Of a stretch of 64,000 bases of DNA, positions 9,792-20,213 are shown one piece after another. Position numbers and translations under genes: made by a program. Origin of the DNA: Bacillota bacterium (GTDB taxonomy: Bacteria > Bacillota > JAAYKD01); the NCBI GenBank assembly GCA_963666425.2, contig OY762825.2, forward strand, positions 2,112,001-2,176,000. Direction: 5' to 3'. Numbering within the stretch: the stretch's first letter is position 1; every line of letters begins with the position of its first letter. The notes beneath the pieces were generated by a model. The model searched no databases. It was not told where the DNA came from and was given only the letters and a program-made list of their open reading frames with translations.

Positions 9792-12244
9792 ACGACGACG
9801 ATATTGACCAGTCTGTTCTTGATGACGACGATTTTGATGATTTTTTTGCCGGTTAAGTAGGGTTCCAGACCCGGTGAAGCCAAGGCCATGGTCTTAATAT
9901 TTTCTTCCGATTCTTCCCGGTCCACTTCGATTTTATCGCGGATCTTGCCGTTAATCTGCAGCGCCAGTTCGACACTGTCCTCGATCAGCATGGCTTCATC
10001 GCAAATTGGCCAGGCTTGATTATGGATCGAGTAAGGTTTGCCGATCTGCTGCCAAAGTTCCTCCGTTAAATGAGGCGCCAGGGGAGCCAGCAAGCGCAGC
10101 AAGTCAGCGGTCGCTTCTTCCAATAAGACCCGATCTTTGATGGTGTTTTCTGTATCGTATTGGTTCAGCGCATTGAGAAATTCCATGATCTTAGCAATGG
10201 AGGTATTGAATTGCGAGACTTCCATGTCTTTCGTGCAGTACTGGATCGCCTTGTGACGATAGAACTGCAGCCGTTTGCCGGCTTTGGCATTGGCGATTCC
10301 GCCGGGACCGCCCTGGCGTATTTCCAGCAGCCGGTCGATCCAGCGCTCTACCCGGTCAATAAAGCGCGACATTGCCTTGATGCCGCTGTCCTCCCAGGGG
10401 CCGCCTTCGGTATAATTATAGGTAAAGCCAAGGAAGAGGCGCAGAATATCCGAACCGTAGTTTTCCAGATAGCTGTCGGGCGAGATCACATTGCCATGCG
10501 ATTTCGACATGCGGTTGCCGTCGGGTCCCAGGATAATGCCTTGATGGATGAGGGAACGGAACGGTTCGTCGAAGTTGAGATAACCGCAGTCGCGCAGCGC
10601 TTTGACAAAGAAACGGGCATAAATCAAGTGCATGCAGGCATGCTCCGGTCCGCCGACGTATTTATCGACCGGCAGCATACGATTGATCCAGTCGACATTC
10701 CAGGCCTGCTCACTGTTTTTGTTGTCGGGATAGCGCAGGAAATACCAGGAGGAGTCGACAAAGGTATCCATGGTATCGGGATCGCGTTCGGCCGGTCCGC
10801 CGCAGATAGGGCAGACGGTATGCATAAAGGAGTCACTTTTGGCCAAAGGGGACTTGCCGTCCGGCTTGAATTCCACGTCATAAGGCAATTTGACCGGCAG
10901 GTCTTCCAGCGGTACCGGCACTTCGCCGCATTTGGGACAATGGATGATCGGGATCGGTGCGCCCCAGTAGCGCTGACGGGAAATCAGCCAATCACGCAGG
11001 CGATAGGTTACGGTGGCTTCCCCTTTCTGCGCCGCAGCCAAATCGCTGACAATTGCTTTTAAGGCTTGCTCGGAAGTCAATCCGTTATACGAACCGGAAT
11101 TGACCAGGATGCCATATTCCGTGAAGGGCAGTGCCTCCGAGGCTGCGCCTTCGGCGGCTTGAATCACCCGCGGAATGGGCAGTTCGTATTTGACGGCAAA
11201 TTCATAATCGCGCGTATCGTGGGCTGGAACGGCCATGACACAGCCGGTGCCGTAGGTGGCGAGCACATAATCGGCGATCCAGATGGGGATCTGCGCACCG
11301 GTCAGCGGATGGATGGCATAAGCACCGGTGAAAGTGCCTGTTTTTTCTTTGACTGTGGAGAGACGTTCAATTTCGGTTTGCTTTTTGGTTTCTTCCTGAT
11401 AAGCGGTGACCGCTGCCAGTTGGTCTTGACTGGTGATTTGAGCGACCAGCGGCTGCTCCGGCGCCAACACGACATAGGAAGCGCCGAAAAGCGTATCCGC
11501 GCGGGTGGTGAAGACACGGATCTTGAGATCCGGCTGCCCAGCCACGGCAAACTCAATATGACTGCCTTCGGAACGGCCGATCCAATTACGCTGTTTGATC
11601 TTGGTGCTTTCCGGCCAGTTCAGCGCATCCAGGCCATTCAAAAGCTCCTCGGCATAAGCGGTGATCCTGAAAAACCATTGGGTTAAGTTTTTTTTGGTGA
11701 CGGGTGTTTCACAGCGTTCACATTTGCCATCCACGACCTGCTCATTGGCCAAGACAGTCTGACAGCTGGGGCACCAATTGACCGGCGCCATTTTACGATA
11801 CGCCAATCCCTTCTCGTAGAATTTTAAGAAGATCCACTGGGTCCATCTGTAATATGCCGGATCGCAGGTCATCAGCTCATAATCCCAATCAAAAGTGGCT
11901 CCCATTTCTTTCAGCTGTTTTTCCATGGAAGCGATGTTGGCCAGGGTAGAATCCATGGGATGGATGCCGGACTTGATCGCGAAATTCTCTGCCGGCAAGC
12001 CGAACGCGTCAAAGCCCATCGGATGGAATACTTCGTAACCCTGCATTCTCTTCATACGGGACCAGCTGTCGGTCATGCCATAATTATACCAATGACCGAC
12101 GTGTAATTTGTAACCGGACGGATAAGAGAACATTTCCAAACAATAGAGTTTTTTGTCGGCTTTCTCCGGGTGAAATTTGTAGAGCTGCGTTTCTTGCCAA
12201 CGCTGCTGCCACTTCAGGTCGGTCTGTCGATTGTAACGACTCAT
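9788..12244 (-). CDS. leuS: Leucine--tRNA ligase
   Basis: HVGH, GFDAFGLPAEN, editing FTTRADT, DWLISRQRYWG, RMSKS; Leu T-box upstream. Confidence 0.97.
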   Translation of the reverse strand: MSRYNRQTDLKWQQRWQETQLYKFHPEKADKKLYCLEMFSYPSGYKLHVGHWYNYGMTDSWSRMKRMQGYEVFHPMGFDAFGLPAENFAIKSGIHPMDSTLANIASMEKQLKEMGATFDWDYELMTCDPAYYRWTQWIFLKFYEKGLAYRKMAPVNWCPSCQTVLANEQVVDGKCERCETPVTKKNLTQWFFRITAYAEELLNGLDALNWPESTKIKQRNWIGRSEGSHIEFAVAGQPDLKIRVFTTRADTLFGASYVVLAPEQPLVAQITSQDQLAAVTAYQEETKKQTEIERLSTVKEKTGTFTGAYAIHPLTGAQIPIWIADYVLATYGTGCVMAVPAHDTRDYEFAVKYELPIPRVIQAAEGAASEALPFTEYGILVNSGSYNGLTSEQALKAIVSDLAAAQKGEATVTYRLRDWLISRQRYWGAPIPIIHCPKCGEVPVPLEDLPVKLPYDVEFKPDGKSPLAKSDSFMHTVCPICGGPAERDPDTMDTFVDSSWYFLRYPDNKNSEQAWNVDWINRMLPVDKYVGGPEHACMHLIYARFFVKALRDCGYLNFDEPFRSLIHQGIILGPDGNRMSKSHGNVISPDSYLENYGSDILRLFLGFTYNYTEGGPWEDSGIKAMSRFIDRVERWIDRLLEIRQGGPGGIANAKAGKRLQFYRHKAIQYCTKDMEVSQFNTSIAKIMEFLNALNQYDTENTIKDRVLLEEATADLLRLLAPLAPHLTEELWQQIGKPYSIHNQAWPICDEAMLIEDSVELALQINGKIRDKIEVDREESEENIKTMALASPGLEPYLTGKKIIKIVVIKNRLVNIVVV

Positions 12245-12284
12245 TTTGCTTCACTCCTTCTATATTGATTTTTTTCTGCGCTCG

Positions 12285-12520
12285 AAAAATAAAAAACTCC
12301 GTTGTCTCAAAATAAGAGACGACGGAGCCGCGGTACCACTCTTGTTGAAATCATGCTTTGGGCATGGTTCCCACTTACAGCAGATAACGTATGCTGACGG
12401 ACGGATTTAAATCCATCTGCCTTCCAAAGCGAGTTCCCTGCTTTTTGTTGCTGTCTCTCAGCGTCCGACAGCTCTCTGAAAACAAAAATAGCAGCTACTG
12501 CTCTCTGATCATCGGCATTA
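12285..12520 (-). promoter_or_regulatory. T-box riboswitch (Leu specifier CUC)
   Basis: Minus strand: AGAGAG...GCTGAG stem I, GAA-CTC specifier loop, T-box AAGAGTGGTACCGCG, terminator CTCCGTCGTCTC...GAGACAACGGAG-T6. Confidence 0.9.
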
Positions 12521-12533
12521 TGATATTAAATGA

Positions 12534-12562
12534 ATTATAGAACGAAATTCAGGCGTTGTCAA
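12534..12562 (-). promoter_or_regulatory. sigmaA promoter of the leuS leader
   Basis: Perfect TTGACA-N17-TATAAT. Confidence 0.85.
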
Positions 12563-12578
12563 ATACTTTTAGCACAGT

Positions 12579-13112
12579 TCACTGTTTTTTCCAGGTTTCC
12601 TGCAAAAATATTTTTCGTTCCTGTACGGCTTCGTCGGCATGGTATTTTTCTGTTTCACGGCGCGCATAATCCTGGTGATAGTTTTCCGCCGGATAAAAAG
12701 TTTCCACCGGCAAAATACGGGTCACGATCGGTTTCTGAAACTTGCCCGAAGCAGCCAAGTCCGCTTTGGATTGTTCCGCGGCCAGACGCTGGCTTTCATC
12801 ATGATAGAAAATAGCGGTGCGATAGGAACTGCCCCGATCACCAAATTGACCGTCCTGATCGGTGGGATCAATCTGCTGCCAATAGATGGCCAATAATTCG
12901 GGGTAGGATATGACTTGTTCGTCATAGATCACGCGGATCGCTTCCAGATGCCCGCTTTTTTGGGCACGCACGTCCTGATAGGTAGGATTGGCTAAAAAGC
13001 CGCCGGTATAACCGGAAATCACCTGTGAAACACCTTCATAGCAGTCAAAAGGCAAAACCATACACCAGAAACAACCACCGGCAAAGGTTGCTGTTTTCAT
13101 TTGTTCGTTCAT
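12579..13112 (-). CDS. msrA: Peptide-methionine (S)-S-oxide reductase
   Basis: FAGGCFWC, SGYTGG, GQFGDRG, AENYHQDY; GAGGAGG RBS before ATG 13112. Confidence 0.95.
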   Translation of the reverse strand: MNEQMKTATFAGGCFWCMVLPFDCYEGVSQVISGYTGGFLANPTYQDVRAQKSGHLEAIRVIYDEQVISYPELLAIYWQQIDPTDQDGQFGDRGSSYRTAIFYHDESQRLAAEQSKADLAASGKFQKPIVTRILPVETFYPAENYHQDYARRETEKYHADEAVQERKIFLQETWKKQ

Positions 13113-13166
13113 TGTTTCCTCCTCTTTGAGCCTGATCGGAATCATGGGAAATTCAGCTGTCCCGAC

Positions 13167-13652
13167 TTACAAGTGCTTTTCTTTGAAAAAAGCAGTAGAG
13201 CTGCCTTCGTAACCAAGTGCTGCATAGAGAGCCTGCGCTTCCGGGTTCTCTGTATTGACGTACAAGCGGATACCGACGGCGCCGCAGCTGAGAGCGCAGG
13301 TTTCAGCCTGTTTCATCAATAATTTGGCAGCGCCATGCTGGCGAAAGGCCGGTGCGACCCACAGTTCATCGACGTAAAGATGACCATGTCCATTGTATTT
13401 GCCTACTTTCGGCAGGTAATACAGGCTGATCCAGCCGATCATGCGCGCCTGACAGACGGCCGTAAATAACCAATAATCCGGCCGGGCTAAGGCGCTGCGC
13501 ACGGCAGCCGGTACGTCGGAGGGTATGCAGGCTTCAGTGGAGCTTGCTTCTTCTCCATTGAGACGCCAAGCTACCAGGTTGGCAAATAGGGGATAATTAA
13601 CCGTATTAATCCGGCAAAGGTGAATTTCGTTTTTCGCTGATTCTGTAGCCAT
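13167..13652 (-). CDS. GNAT family N-acetyltransferase
   Basis: LWVAPAFRQHGAAKLLM acetyl-CoA motif; NPEAQALYAALGY. Confidence 0.85.
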   Translation of the reverse strand: MATESAKNEIHLCRINTVNYPLFANLVAWRLNGEEASSTEACIPSDVPAAVRSALARPDYWLFTAVCQARMIGWISLYYLPKVGKYNGHGHLYVDELWVAPAFRQHGAAKLLMKQAETCALSCGAVGIRLYVNTENPEAQALYAALGYEGSSTAFFKEKHL

Positions 13653-13736
13653 GAAAAATTCGCTCCTAATATAAAACACCCGGCAGTTCATTTTCTATTG
13701 TCCTGCCGGATGTTTTGCTTCAAAGTTCTCTGCTTT

Positions 13737-14222
13737 TTACAGCAATTTCTGCAGCTCGAGTTCGTGTTTGATTAAGATACCATTCTGTCCCACCACAGGA
13801 ATTTCCGGTTTCAGGTTTCGTAAAGAATCGATCGTGTTCAGATACAAATTCGAGAACTCAAAACCGCGTTTTTGATAAAAACGTAATGCTTCGATGTTAT
13901 CATTTGTGGTGATCAACCAAATACGTTTGCAGCCGGCTTCTCTGGCGGCATCTTCCATACTGCGCAGCAGTGAAGAGCCTAAACCTACTTTATTGAGCAG
14001 CGAATTGATGGTCACTAATTCACATTCTTCACCGCGAATATCATAGGTAATCAAACCGACAATGAAACCATCCTGGTAGACAATAAATCCGGGTAGTGTG
14101 TCTGTTTGCTGTACTCCTTTGGAATGCACATTTTTACTGGCACCCCAATGCTCCTGAAGAAATTCAGACATCTTCGGCCGGTCAGCATCGGAAATTCGAC
14201 GAATTACATATTGGCTCAACAC
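13737..14222 (-). CDS. GNAT family N-acetyltransferase
   Basis: KVGLGSSLL; LITTNDNIEALRFYQKRGF. Confidence 0.88.
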   Translation of the reverse strand: MLSQYVIRRISDADRPKMSEFLQEHWGASKNVHSKGVQQTDTLPGFIVYQDGFIVGLITYDIRGEECELVTINSLLNKVGLGSSLLRSMEDAAREAGCKRIWLITTNDNIEALRFYQKRGFEFSNLYLNTIDSLRNLKPEIPVVGQNGILIKHELELQKLL

Positions 14223-14463
14223 TATCCACTCCTTTACAATCTGAGATCCTTATTTGGCAAGGCATCAAGCCTTGGATCACCCTTTGCCATTATTCCAACT
14301 ATTCGCTTTAGCAGGATTAAAAACCTTTGACAAAATTCGTAAATTAACGTGTCGTTTTTCAGACGGCGCAAAACGATTGGCTATTTTTGGCTCGTTTGGC
14401 AGAGCATTCCCTTTTTTAACTGTAAGGCTGTCCAAAACAACAGAAAGAAGCTGGATTATATTC

Positions 14464-14493
14464 TTGCGTAGCATGTGGCTTTGAAGGTATAAT
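14464..14493 (+). promoter_or_regulatory. sigmaA-like promoter of tRNA-Phe/Met
   Basis: TTGCGT-N18-TATAAT ending 10 nt before the tRNA. Confidence 0.55.
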
Positions 14494-14503
14494 GTAACAC
14501 ATT

Positions 14504-14579
<76 letters not shown>

Positions 14580-14585
14580 GTTTAT

Positions 14586-14661
14586 GGCGGAGTAGCTCAG
14601 CTGGCAGAGCAAGCGGTTCATACCCGCTGTGTCGTTGGTTCGATTCCGACTTCCGCCACCA
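14586..14661 (+). tRNA. tRNA-Met(CAT), elongator type
   Basis: G1-C72 paired; loop TT-CAT-AC typical of Firmicute elongator Met; CCA. Confidence 0.92.
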
Positions 14662-14707
14662 AAACAAGGTCCCGATTTTGATTGATTCAAAATCGGGACC
14701 TTGTTTT
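14661..14707. terminator. Bidirectional terminator
   Basis: 21-bp inverted repeat AAAACAAGGTCCCGATTTTGA / TCAAAATCGGGACCTTGTTTT. Confidence 0.85.
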
Positions 14708-15462
14708 TATGCAAAAATCCGCACATTGACCCGCAGCCGGCCTTTCCGGGTTTCCTTCTCGATGCCTTCATAAAGAAAGCGGCCAAAGCCCTGCACAGAA
14801 ACGATACTGCCTGCTGTCAGAGCTGCACTGGTGTTTTCGGTAACCCGACTGTTGACAGAGACAATCCCTTTGGCAAAAAGCTGTTGGCTCTCGCTGCGGG
14901 AGAGCCGATAGACCGCAGCAACGATAGCATCCAGACGCTCGGAGGCGATGACGATTTGGCTGGGATCGGGGATTTGATTGACGAAATCAGGTGCGTCCGC
15001 CATCGTGCAGCGAACCGTAGTGTGCTTTACCTGTTTCAATTCTGCGATGATGTAATCAGCGACCGAAACGAGGCAAAAGAGAGAACCGCAGTTATCATGC
15101 AGGATGATATCCCCGATAACTTCCCGTTTTAAACCCAAAGCTAAAACAGAGCCGAGGAAGTCCCGGTGACTGAGCTGATCCGCAAATTTCTGTGAAACAG
15201 GAGCAATGCAGATGCAGGAAATCGGTGAGCCGGCAGGCGGGTATTCCGGTGCAGGCACGCCAAAACAAGCAACTTTGCGTTCGGCGGCATCATAGCCACC
15301 CATTAAGGTAAAGGCAGCCGAATTGCGGTCAAAGGCTGTCTGCTGCAGCACTTCTTGTTCGGCGCGGTTTAAAAAATCGGAATAGAGCTCGGTATCACGT
15401 GAAAAGGCACGGTGAGCCAGCTCTGTGAATCTTTTCATCAGCAGTGTATCGTCTTCCGTCAT
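14707..15462 (-). CDS. ylmH: YlmH/Sll1252-family S4 RNA-binding protein
   Basis: SDFL..EQ, GGYDAAERK, LSHRDFLGSVLALGLKREVIGDI, S4 motif ASERLDAIVA, GFGRF. Confidence 0.88.
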   Translation of the reverse strand: MTEDDTLLMKRFTELAHRAFSRDTELYSDFLNRAEQEVLQQTAFDRNSAAFTLMGGYDAAERKVACFGVPAPEYPPAGSPISCICIAPVSQKFADQLSHRDFLGSVLALGLKREVIGDIILHDNCGSLFCLVSVADYIIAELKQVKHTTVRCTMADAPDFVNQIPDPSQIVIASERLDAIVAAVYRLSRSESQQLFAKGIVSVNSRVTENTSAALTAGSIVSVQGFGRFLYEGIEKETRKGRLRVNVRIFA

Positions 15463-15744
15463 ATCTGCCGCCTCCTTTCAGGATCAATTTGATGCTTTAT
15501 CATTTTGATGCTTTATCATTAACTAGACTATTCTCTTTGGGCTGGATTATTCCTTTGCTGACGAACAAGCTGTTCGGTTATTTGAAAATCGGTTTGCCGC
15601 CAAGTCTAATCGAGCCTACCAGGCAAGTGCAAACAAGAGGACCGATCGGCTGCGAAAAAGGTTTTGCTCCACAGCGAGCCGAATTAAGTAAAAGCGGAAT
15701 CCTCTGAGAATCAATAAGCTAATTTTGGACGGTGAATTGAAAAA

Positions 15745-16257
15745 ATGAAAAATCTCATTCTGATCAATGGTACGATGGGAGTCGGCAAGACGACGACCGG
15801 CAGAGCGCTGCAGCAATTGCTGCCGGATTGTGTTTTTCTGGATGGCGATTGGTGTTGGGATATGCGGCCTTTTGTGGTCAATGCGGAAACAAAAAAGATG
15901 GTTGAGCAGAATATTTATTATCTGCTGAATAATTTCCTGCACTGCTCAGTCTATCAAAATATAATTTTTTGTTGGGTCATGCACGAACAGGTGATTTTGG
16001 ATCATCTGCTGGCAGCTTTGGACCTTAGCGATTGCTGTGTTTATCAATTCTCTCTGGTTTGCTCCGAACAAGCCTTGATCAAGCGGCTGGAATTGGATGT
16101 GGCAGCCGGCCTGAGAGTCCCGGAAGGGACAGCCAGAAGTCTTCCCCGGCTGCAGAATTATCAGAGTATGGCAACGCTGAAAATCGATACAAGTGAGATC
16201 TCTGCTGCTCAGGCAGCAGAAAAGATCCTTTCTTACATCCATGCCGCTGCGATTTGA
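15745..16257 (+). CDS. P-loop nucleotide kinase-like protein
   Basis: LILINGTMGVGKTT; FLDGDWCW. Confidence 0.82.
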   Translation: MKNLILINGTMGVGKTTTGRALQQLLPDCVFLDGDWCWDMRPFVVNAETKKMVEQNIYYLLNNFLHCSVYQNIIFCWVMHEQVILDHLLAALDLSDCCVYQFSLVCSEQALIKRLELDVAAGLRVPEGTARSLPRLQNYQSMATLKIDTSEISAAQAAEKILSYIHAAAI

Positions 16258-16314
16258 AAGGGCTGGAGCAAGCAAATCCTCCGTGATGATTTCTTTTTAA
16301 AAGGAGTGTTGCAA

Positions 16315-16806
16315 TTGGCCGGTGAACTGAGTCTTTTTAATTCTGTCATGTTACAGAAACAAGCAGTCAATGAAATTCTGGGATTGAACCAAATCACCCG
16401 CCAATATGGCTTGACTTTAAGCCCAAAACAGGTGGTTGACCTGGTGGAAACCCGTGCCTTGGCATTGCAGCAGACCGGACGGATTGAAATCGGCGGTGGT
16501 GTCATTGACAAAATGATCACCGTCTTTGCCGATTCTCCCTTCCTGACCAGCTATAATTATGCGGAAACACTCAATGACTTAATTGAATTATTTTACTATT
16601 TTAAAAACGAAACACTGGAACAGGTCAGTGACGATGATTTAATCGGTTACATGGGCAAAGCCTTTAATGGTGTCTGCCAAGGCTCACTCGAATTATTAGC
16701 CGGACGGGAATTGGTCCGAATGGCACATAATATCCGATTTGGTTTGGCCGTGGATTACGAGGAAAAAGAGCAGGGGGAAGAGGAGGAACAGGATGGAGTA
16801 CGCTGA
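16315..16806 (+). CDS. Conserved clostridial hypothetical protein (DUF6323-like)
   Basis: AAGGAG RBS, start approximate; motifs TGRIEIGGG, ELFYYFKNE, SDDDLI, CQGSLELL recalled from this family. Confidence 0.65.
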   Translation: MAGELSLFNSVMLQKQAVNEILGLNQITRQYGLTLSPKQVVDLVETRALALQQTGRIEIGGGVIDKMITVFADSPFLTSYNYAETLNDLIELFYYFKNETLEQVSDDDLIGYMGKAFNGVCQGSLELLAGRELVRMAHNIRFGLAVDYEEKEQGEEEEQDGVR

Positions 16807-18157
16807 ACAGCAGGATGACAGCAAACCGGCAAGTCCAGAAACCGCATTCTATCTGCAAAATCTGTTAAACGATGCCAATCGCAGCCAAATTCTCAGCGAT
16901 ATGGAAATAGAAAAAGTGCAGATGGCTTTGCTCAATCTGCTTGCCATGAAAATCACGAGCTACACAGAGAACCGCAGCAGTTCGGTTCGCCAGGAAACCG
17001 CTGAAACTCTGATGCAGTCGAATCTCTATACGATCGGGTTGTATCTCAAATCACTGTCCGGCCCAGTGCAAGCAACGCAAGCGCTGCGGGAAATTGAGGT
17101 TACTGAGCTCTATCGTCTGGGCAGAAAACGCCTGAATGCAAAAATCAGCGTGACCAATCATTTCTATCAGATGCTCAGACAAAACAAAATAGAAACGAAA
17201 CAGGCTATTTATCAGGCAGCTGTGATGGAAGCAATCCCGCAAGTCCTCAGAGGCTACCAACCGGATTACGCTGCTCATGAAATTTCTGCCGCCTTGGATT
17301 ACCCCTTGGCGTACTCTCCTCTCCATTTAGCAGGAATTGAATATTTGCAAGCTTATGTACAGTCGCTTTATTATGAAAATGCGTTTTGCGCTTGCTTTTC
17401 TGCTGCCGATCTGCATGCTTTGCTTGCCGCCTATGATCCAGCCTATGAAGATGCTGTTTTTAATATTTTCCAACTTGTTTATCTCACCGCGATCGGCTGT
17501 GAACTGTCTCATCTGAATTTTAGACCATTAAAATTAGCGAAAACAGACATAGAATGTTTGTCCGCTTTCCTGCTGCAGCAAACAGAGGAACAAATCATTC
17601 GCTTGGCTAGTGCCGCTGGTCAGGAAGTGATTCGGCAGCTGAATTTAAAAGATCGCGCTCTGATCCAATATCTGGAGGATCAGCTGCCGGCTCTGGGCAA
17701 AGAAATTCGATCGGCTGCTAAAATTGGCGTGCTTGAGCAATTCTTTCACGCGAACACAGGAGCACTGCAGTTGCCGCAGCAGGTGTTTTCTTTTGGTGAT
17801 AAGATGGAGGATGCCGCTTACAGAGATGTGTTGGATGAATTGCATTCCTGCCGCTATTTATCGGATAAATTGGCCATCATTCGGGAAAAAATCCGATCCT
17901 TAAGCGATCTGGACGATTTGATACGGGATGGTAATCTGACAGAAAGCGAAACGCTTGCGGTATTACAAATGTTGGGACGGATCGAAATTGCCGCTTTAGT
18001 CAAGCGGCACCTGATTTCAGCTGAAATGGATGCCGATTCGGTCAGTGAAACAGAAAATCAATTCAGAGAGACTTTGCGTCAATTTATCGCGCAGCAATCT
18101 GTGGCATATCGTCAACAGTTGACCAAAGTGGTGAATTCCTTACAAATCGAGTCTTGA
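16793..18157 (+). CDS. Conserved clostridial hypothetical protein (DUF6179-like)
   Basis: Overlaps upstream stop, GAGGAGG RBS; SSSVRQETAE, YAAHEI..DYPL, GIEYL..Y..LYYEN.FC. Confidence 0.65.
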   Translation: MEYAEQQDDSKPASPETAFYLQNLLNDANRSQILSDMEIEKVQMALLNLLAMKITSYTENRSSSVRQETAETLMQSNLYTIGLYLKSLSGPVQATQALREIEVTELYRLGRKRLNAKISVTNHFYQMLRQNKIETKQAIYQAAVMEAIPQVLRGYQPDYAAHEISAALDYPLAYSPLHLAGIEYLQAYVQSLYYENAFCACFSAADLHALLAAYDPAYEDAVFNIFQLVYLTAIGCELSHLNFRPLKLAKTDIECLSAFLLQQTEEQIIRLASAAGQEVIRQLNLKDRALIQYLEDQLPALGKEIRSAAKIGVLEQFFHANTGALQLPQQVFSFGDKMEDAAYRDVLDELHSCRYLSDKLAIIREKIRSLSDLDDLIRDGNLTESETLAVLQMLGRIEIAALVKRHLISAEMDADSVSETENQFRETLRQFIAQQSVAYRQQLTKVVNSLQIES

Positions 18158-18216
18158 ATTTTCCACGAACGGTTTCTGAACATTTCATTACACAGCAGGT
18201 TTGTTTCAACTTATTC

Positions 18217-18245
18217 TTGTTTAAATCAGGGAATCAGGGTATAAT
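18217..18245 (+). promoter_or_regulatory. sigmaA-like promoter with AATCAGGG direct repeat in the spacer
   Basis: TTGTTT-N17-TATAAT. Confidence 0.45.
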
Positions 18246-18353
18246 GACCTGACATCAGGATGAGGAGCGATCGGATCATTGTGATGCCAACGTGGGATGA
18301 AGTGTTGTCTTTGGCATATTTCGAGCTATGATTCACGAAAGGCTGTGAATTGA

Positions 18354-19397
18354 TTGTATAATACCTACGATGAAATGTTGAAATTATTGATTCAGTATGA
18401 CAAGAAGCTGATTACCAAAGAAGAATTCGAACAGAAGAAAATCGATTTACTGTTGGAGGAGCAGCAACTGATTCGTAATGAAGGTCTGGAATCACTGCCG
18501 GTTTTTCATCCAATCAGCCCAAAAGAAGAAAAAAAGGTGCAAGCCGCCATAAAAATCAAACGCTGGGCGGTCTTACTGATCGCGATGGTGATCCTGGGCT
18601 GTCTCACCGGCTTACTTTTTATGAATTGGAAAGAGCATCAAAGCAATCAGCCGGCAGCAGAAGAGCCGCATACCAATGCAAACGGTTTGCCGAGCTTCTC
18701 CCTGGCGTGGACCGACTATTTGCACCTGACGCCGGCAGAACTGACAGGTAAACTGGGAGAGCCGCAGGAAATTCTGGCGGAAGTCAGTAAGCAGGGAGCG
18801 GAATCCTATCCGTTGAAGATCTATGTCTACCCTGCAACGGATGCCCGGAAAGCGAAATTGAAATTCTTTTTCTGGCAGGATCAGTTGGTCCGGCTGCAGG
18901 CGATTGCACCGGATCAGTGGGCTTACACGGACGACAAAGCAATTGCACAGGATTTCGGGCTTACACTCGGCACAACAGCGCAATTGATCTCGAAAGCGGA
19001 TGGTGCTCATGTCTACCATCGGGTCAGCGCAACAGTCGAAGAAATGGCTATTTATAATATCACGGCTGCCGGTGGTTATAACAGTGTCTCTCTGACTTTT
19101 CAGCAACGCATTTTTGGCGGTTTGGCTGTGGCAAATCCGGATCTTTATTGGGCTGGCGCGCAGAGCATGGTGAAAGCGGCATTATCCAGACCGGAAACGG
19201 CTGTTTTCAGCACAGATCCGCTGGATCATCGCATTTTGGAATATCAAGGTAAAATCTGGATCACTTCCAGCGTAACTTATACGAATTCGTCCGGTGAGAA
19301 GAAAACCAGTGAATTTGTTGCTCGTTTTCTGCCAGGAGATGCGGAAAACCCCAATTATCTGGCGATTGACGGCGATGTTTTATACGAATGGTCGTAA
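18354..19397 (+). CDS. Single-pass membrane protein with N-terminal SHOCT-like segment
   Basis: LKLLIQYDKKLITKEEFEQKKIDLL; one TM helix (WAVLLIAMVILGCLTGLLF); large C-terminal domain; start uncertain. Confidence 0.7.
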   Translation: MYNTYDEMLKLLIQYDKKLITKEEFEQKKIDLLLEEQQLIRNEGLESLPVFHPISPKEEKKVQAAIKIKRWAVLLIAMVILGCLTGLLFMNWKEHQSNQPAAEEPHTNANGLPSFSLAWTDYLHLTPAELTGKLGEPQEILAEVSKQGAESYPLKIYVYPATDARKAKLKFFFWQDQLVRLQAIAPDQWAYTDDKAIAQDFGLTLGTTAQLISKADGAHVYHRVSATVEEMAIYNITAAGGYNSVSLTFQQRIFGGLAVANPDLYWAGAQSMVKAALSRPETAVFSTDPLDHRILEYQGKIWITSSVTYTNSSGEKKTSEFVARFLPGDAENPNYLAIDGDVLYEWS

Positions 19398-19409
19398 GGA
19401 GAGAAGACA

Positions 19410-19964
19410 ATGGGAGCCAGGGTAATTCAATTTTCGATTGTAAAATTCAACGCTGCCCGTGTGATTGGTAAGAGCGTTGTTCAAAGTTTAGGTGCAGCGG
19501 AAGAGGATCTGACAATTCCGAATTTATGGGATGCTTTGCTTTCCAGCGGTAAAATGGGGATTTTATTTGATCTGAACGGCTTGGTAAACGAATGGGACCG
19601 CGTCGGTTGGGGTGGAGATGTTGATCCGCAAAGCGGCATTTATACCTATTTGGCGGGAGTCCTGACCGCGGCAGGCACGCCGGTGCCAAAGGGCTTTGAA
19701 TATCGGGATATCCCTGAAGGGATCATGGCTTATGCCCAATTGGAAGAAAATAGAAAAGACGGCATCAGCGTTACTTCCTGCGCTTCGGAATTGGTCGCCC
19801 GTGAAGCGGCACGGTATGGCTATGTTTATGACGGCTCCCGCGGCAGTTTTGAATTGGAGTATTATGCCCGGGCGCGTTATGAGGGTCGCTTGAAACAGGG
19901 AAGATCCGTTATCTTAGACTATTTCTCGCCGTGCAAGAAAAAAGCCGAGCGTGAATCACGATAG
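19410..19964 (+). CDS. GyrI-like/effector-binding domain protein
   Basis: IPNLW, YLAGV..GTPVPKGFEYRDIP, FELEYY, ILDYFSPC; AAGGAG RBS. Confidence 0.65.
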   Translation: MGARVIQFSIVKFNAARVIGKSVVQSLGAAEEDLTIPNLWDALLSSGKMGILFDLNGLVNEWDRVGWGGDVDPQSGIYTYLAGVLTAAGTPVPKGFEYRDIPEGIMAYAQLEENRKDGISVTSCASELVAREAARYGYVYDGSRGSFELEYYARARYEGRLKQGRSVILDYFSPCKKKAERESR

Positions 19965-20213
19965 TATTGACATGATCAGTCGCACATCAGGATATCTGCT
20001 CCGGTATGATCGGAGCGGGTATCCTGTTCTGCATTTCTGCCGAACAATCCGCAGGCGAAGGCGGCAGGAAAAGAAAAAAATTTCTCAAAAAATGGAGAAA
20101 GAAACACAGCAAATTTTTCAGCGGACTGTTTCTTTCCCCGTCGTTCTATGTTACAATTCAACCATTCGATTCGTTGAAATCGAAGAGTTGATTGAATTTG
20201 TGAGGCTCAAAAC

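Noticed and set aside
10160-11686. Long + strand ORFs (300 and 206 aa) opposite leuS
   Set aside because: Antisense shadow frames of a conserved gene, with no motifs
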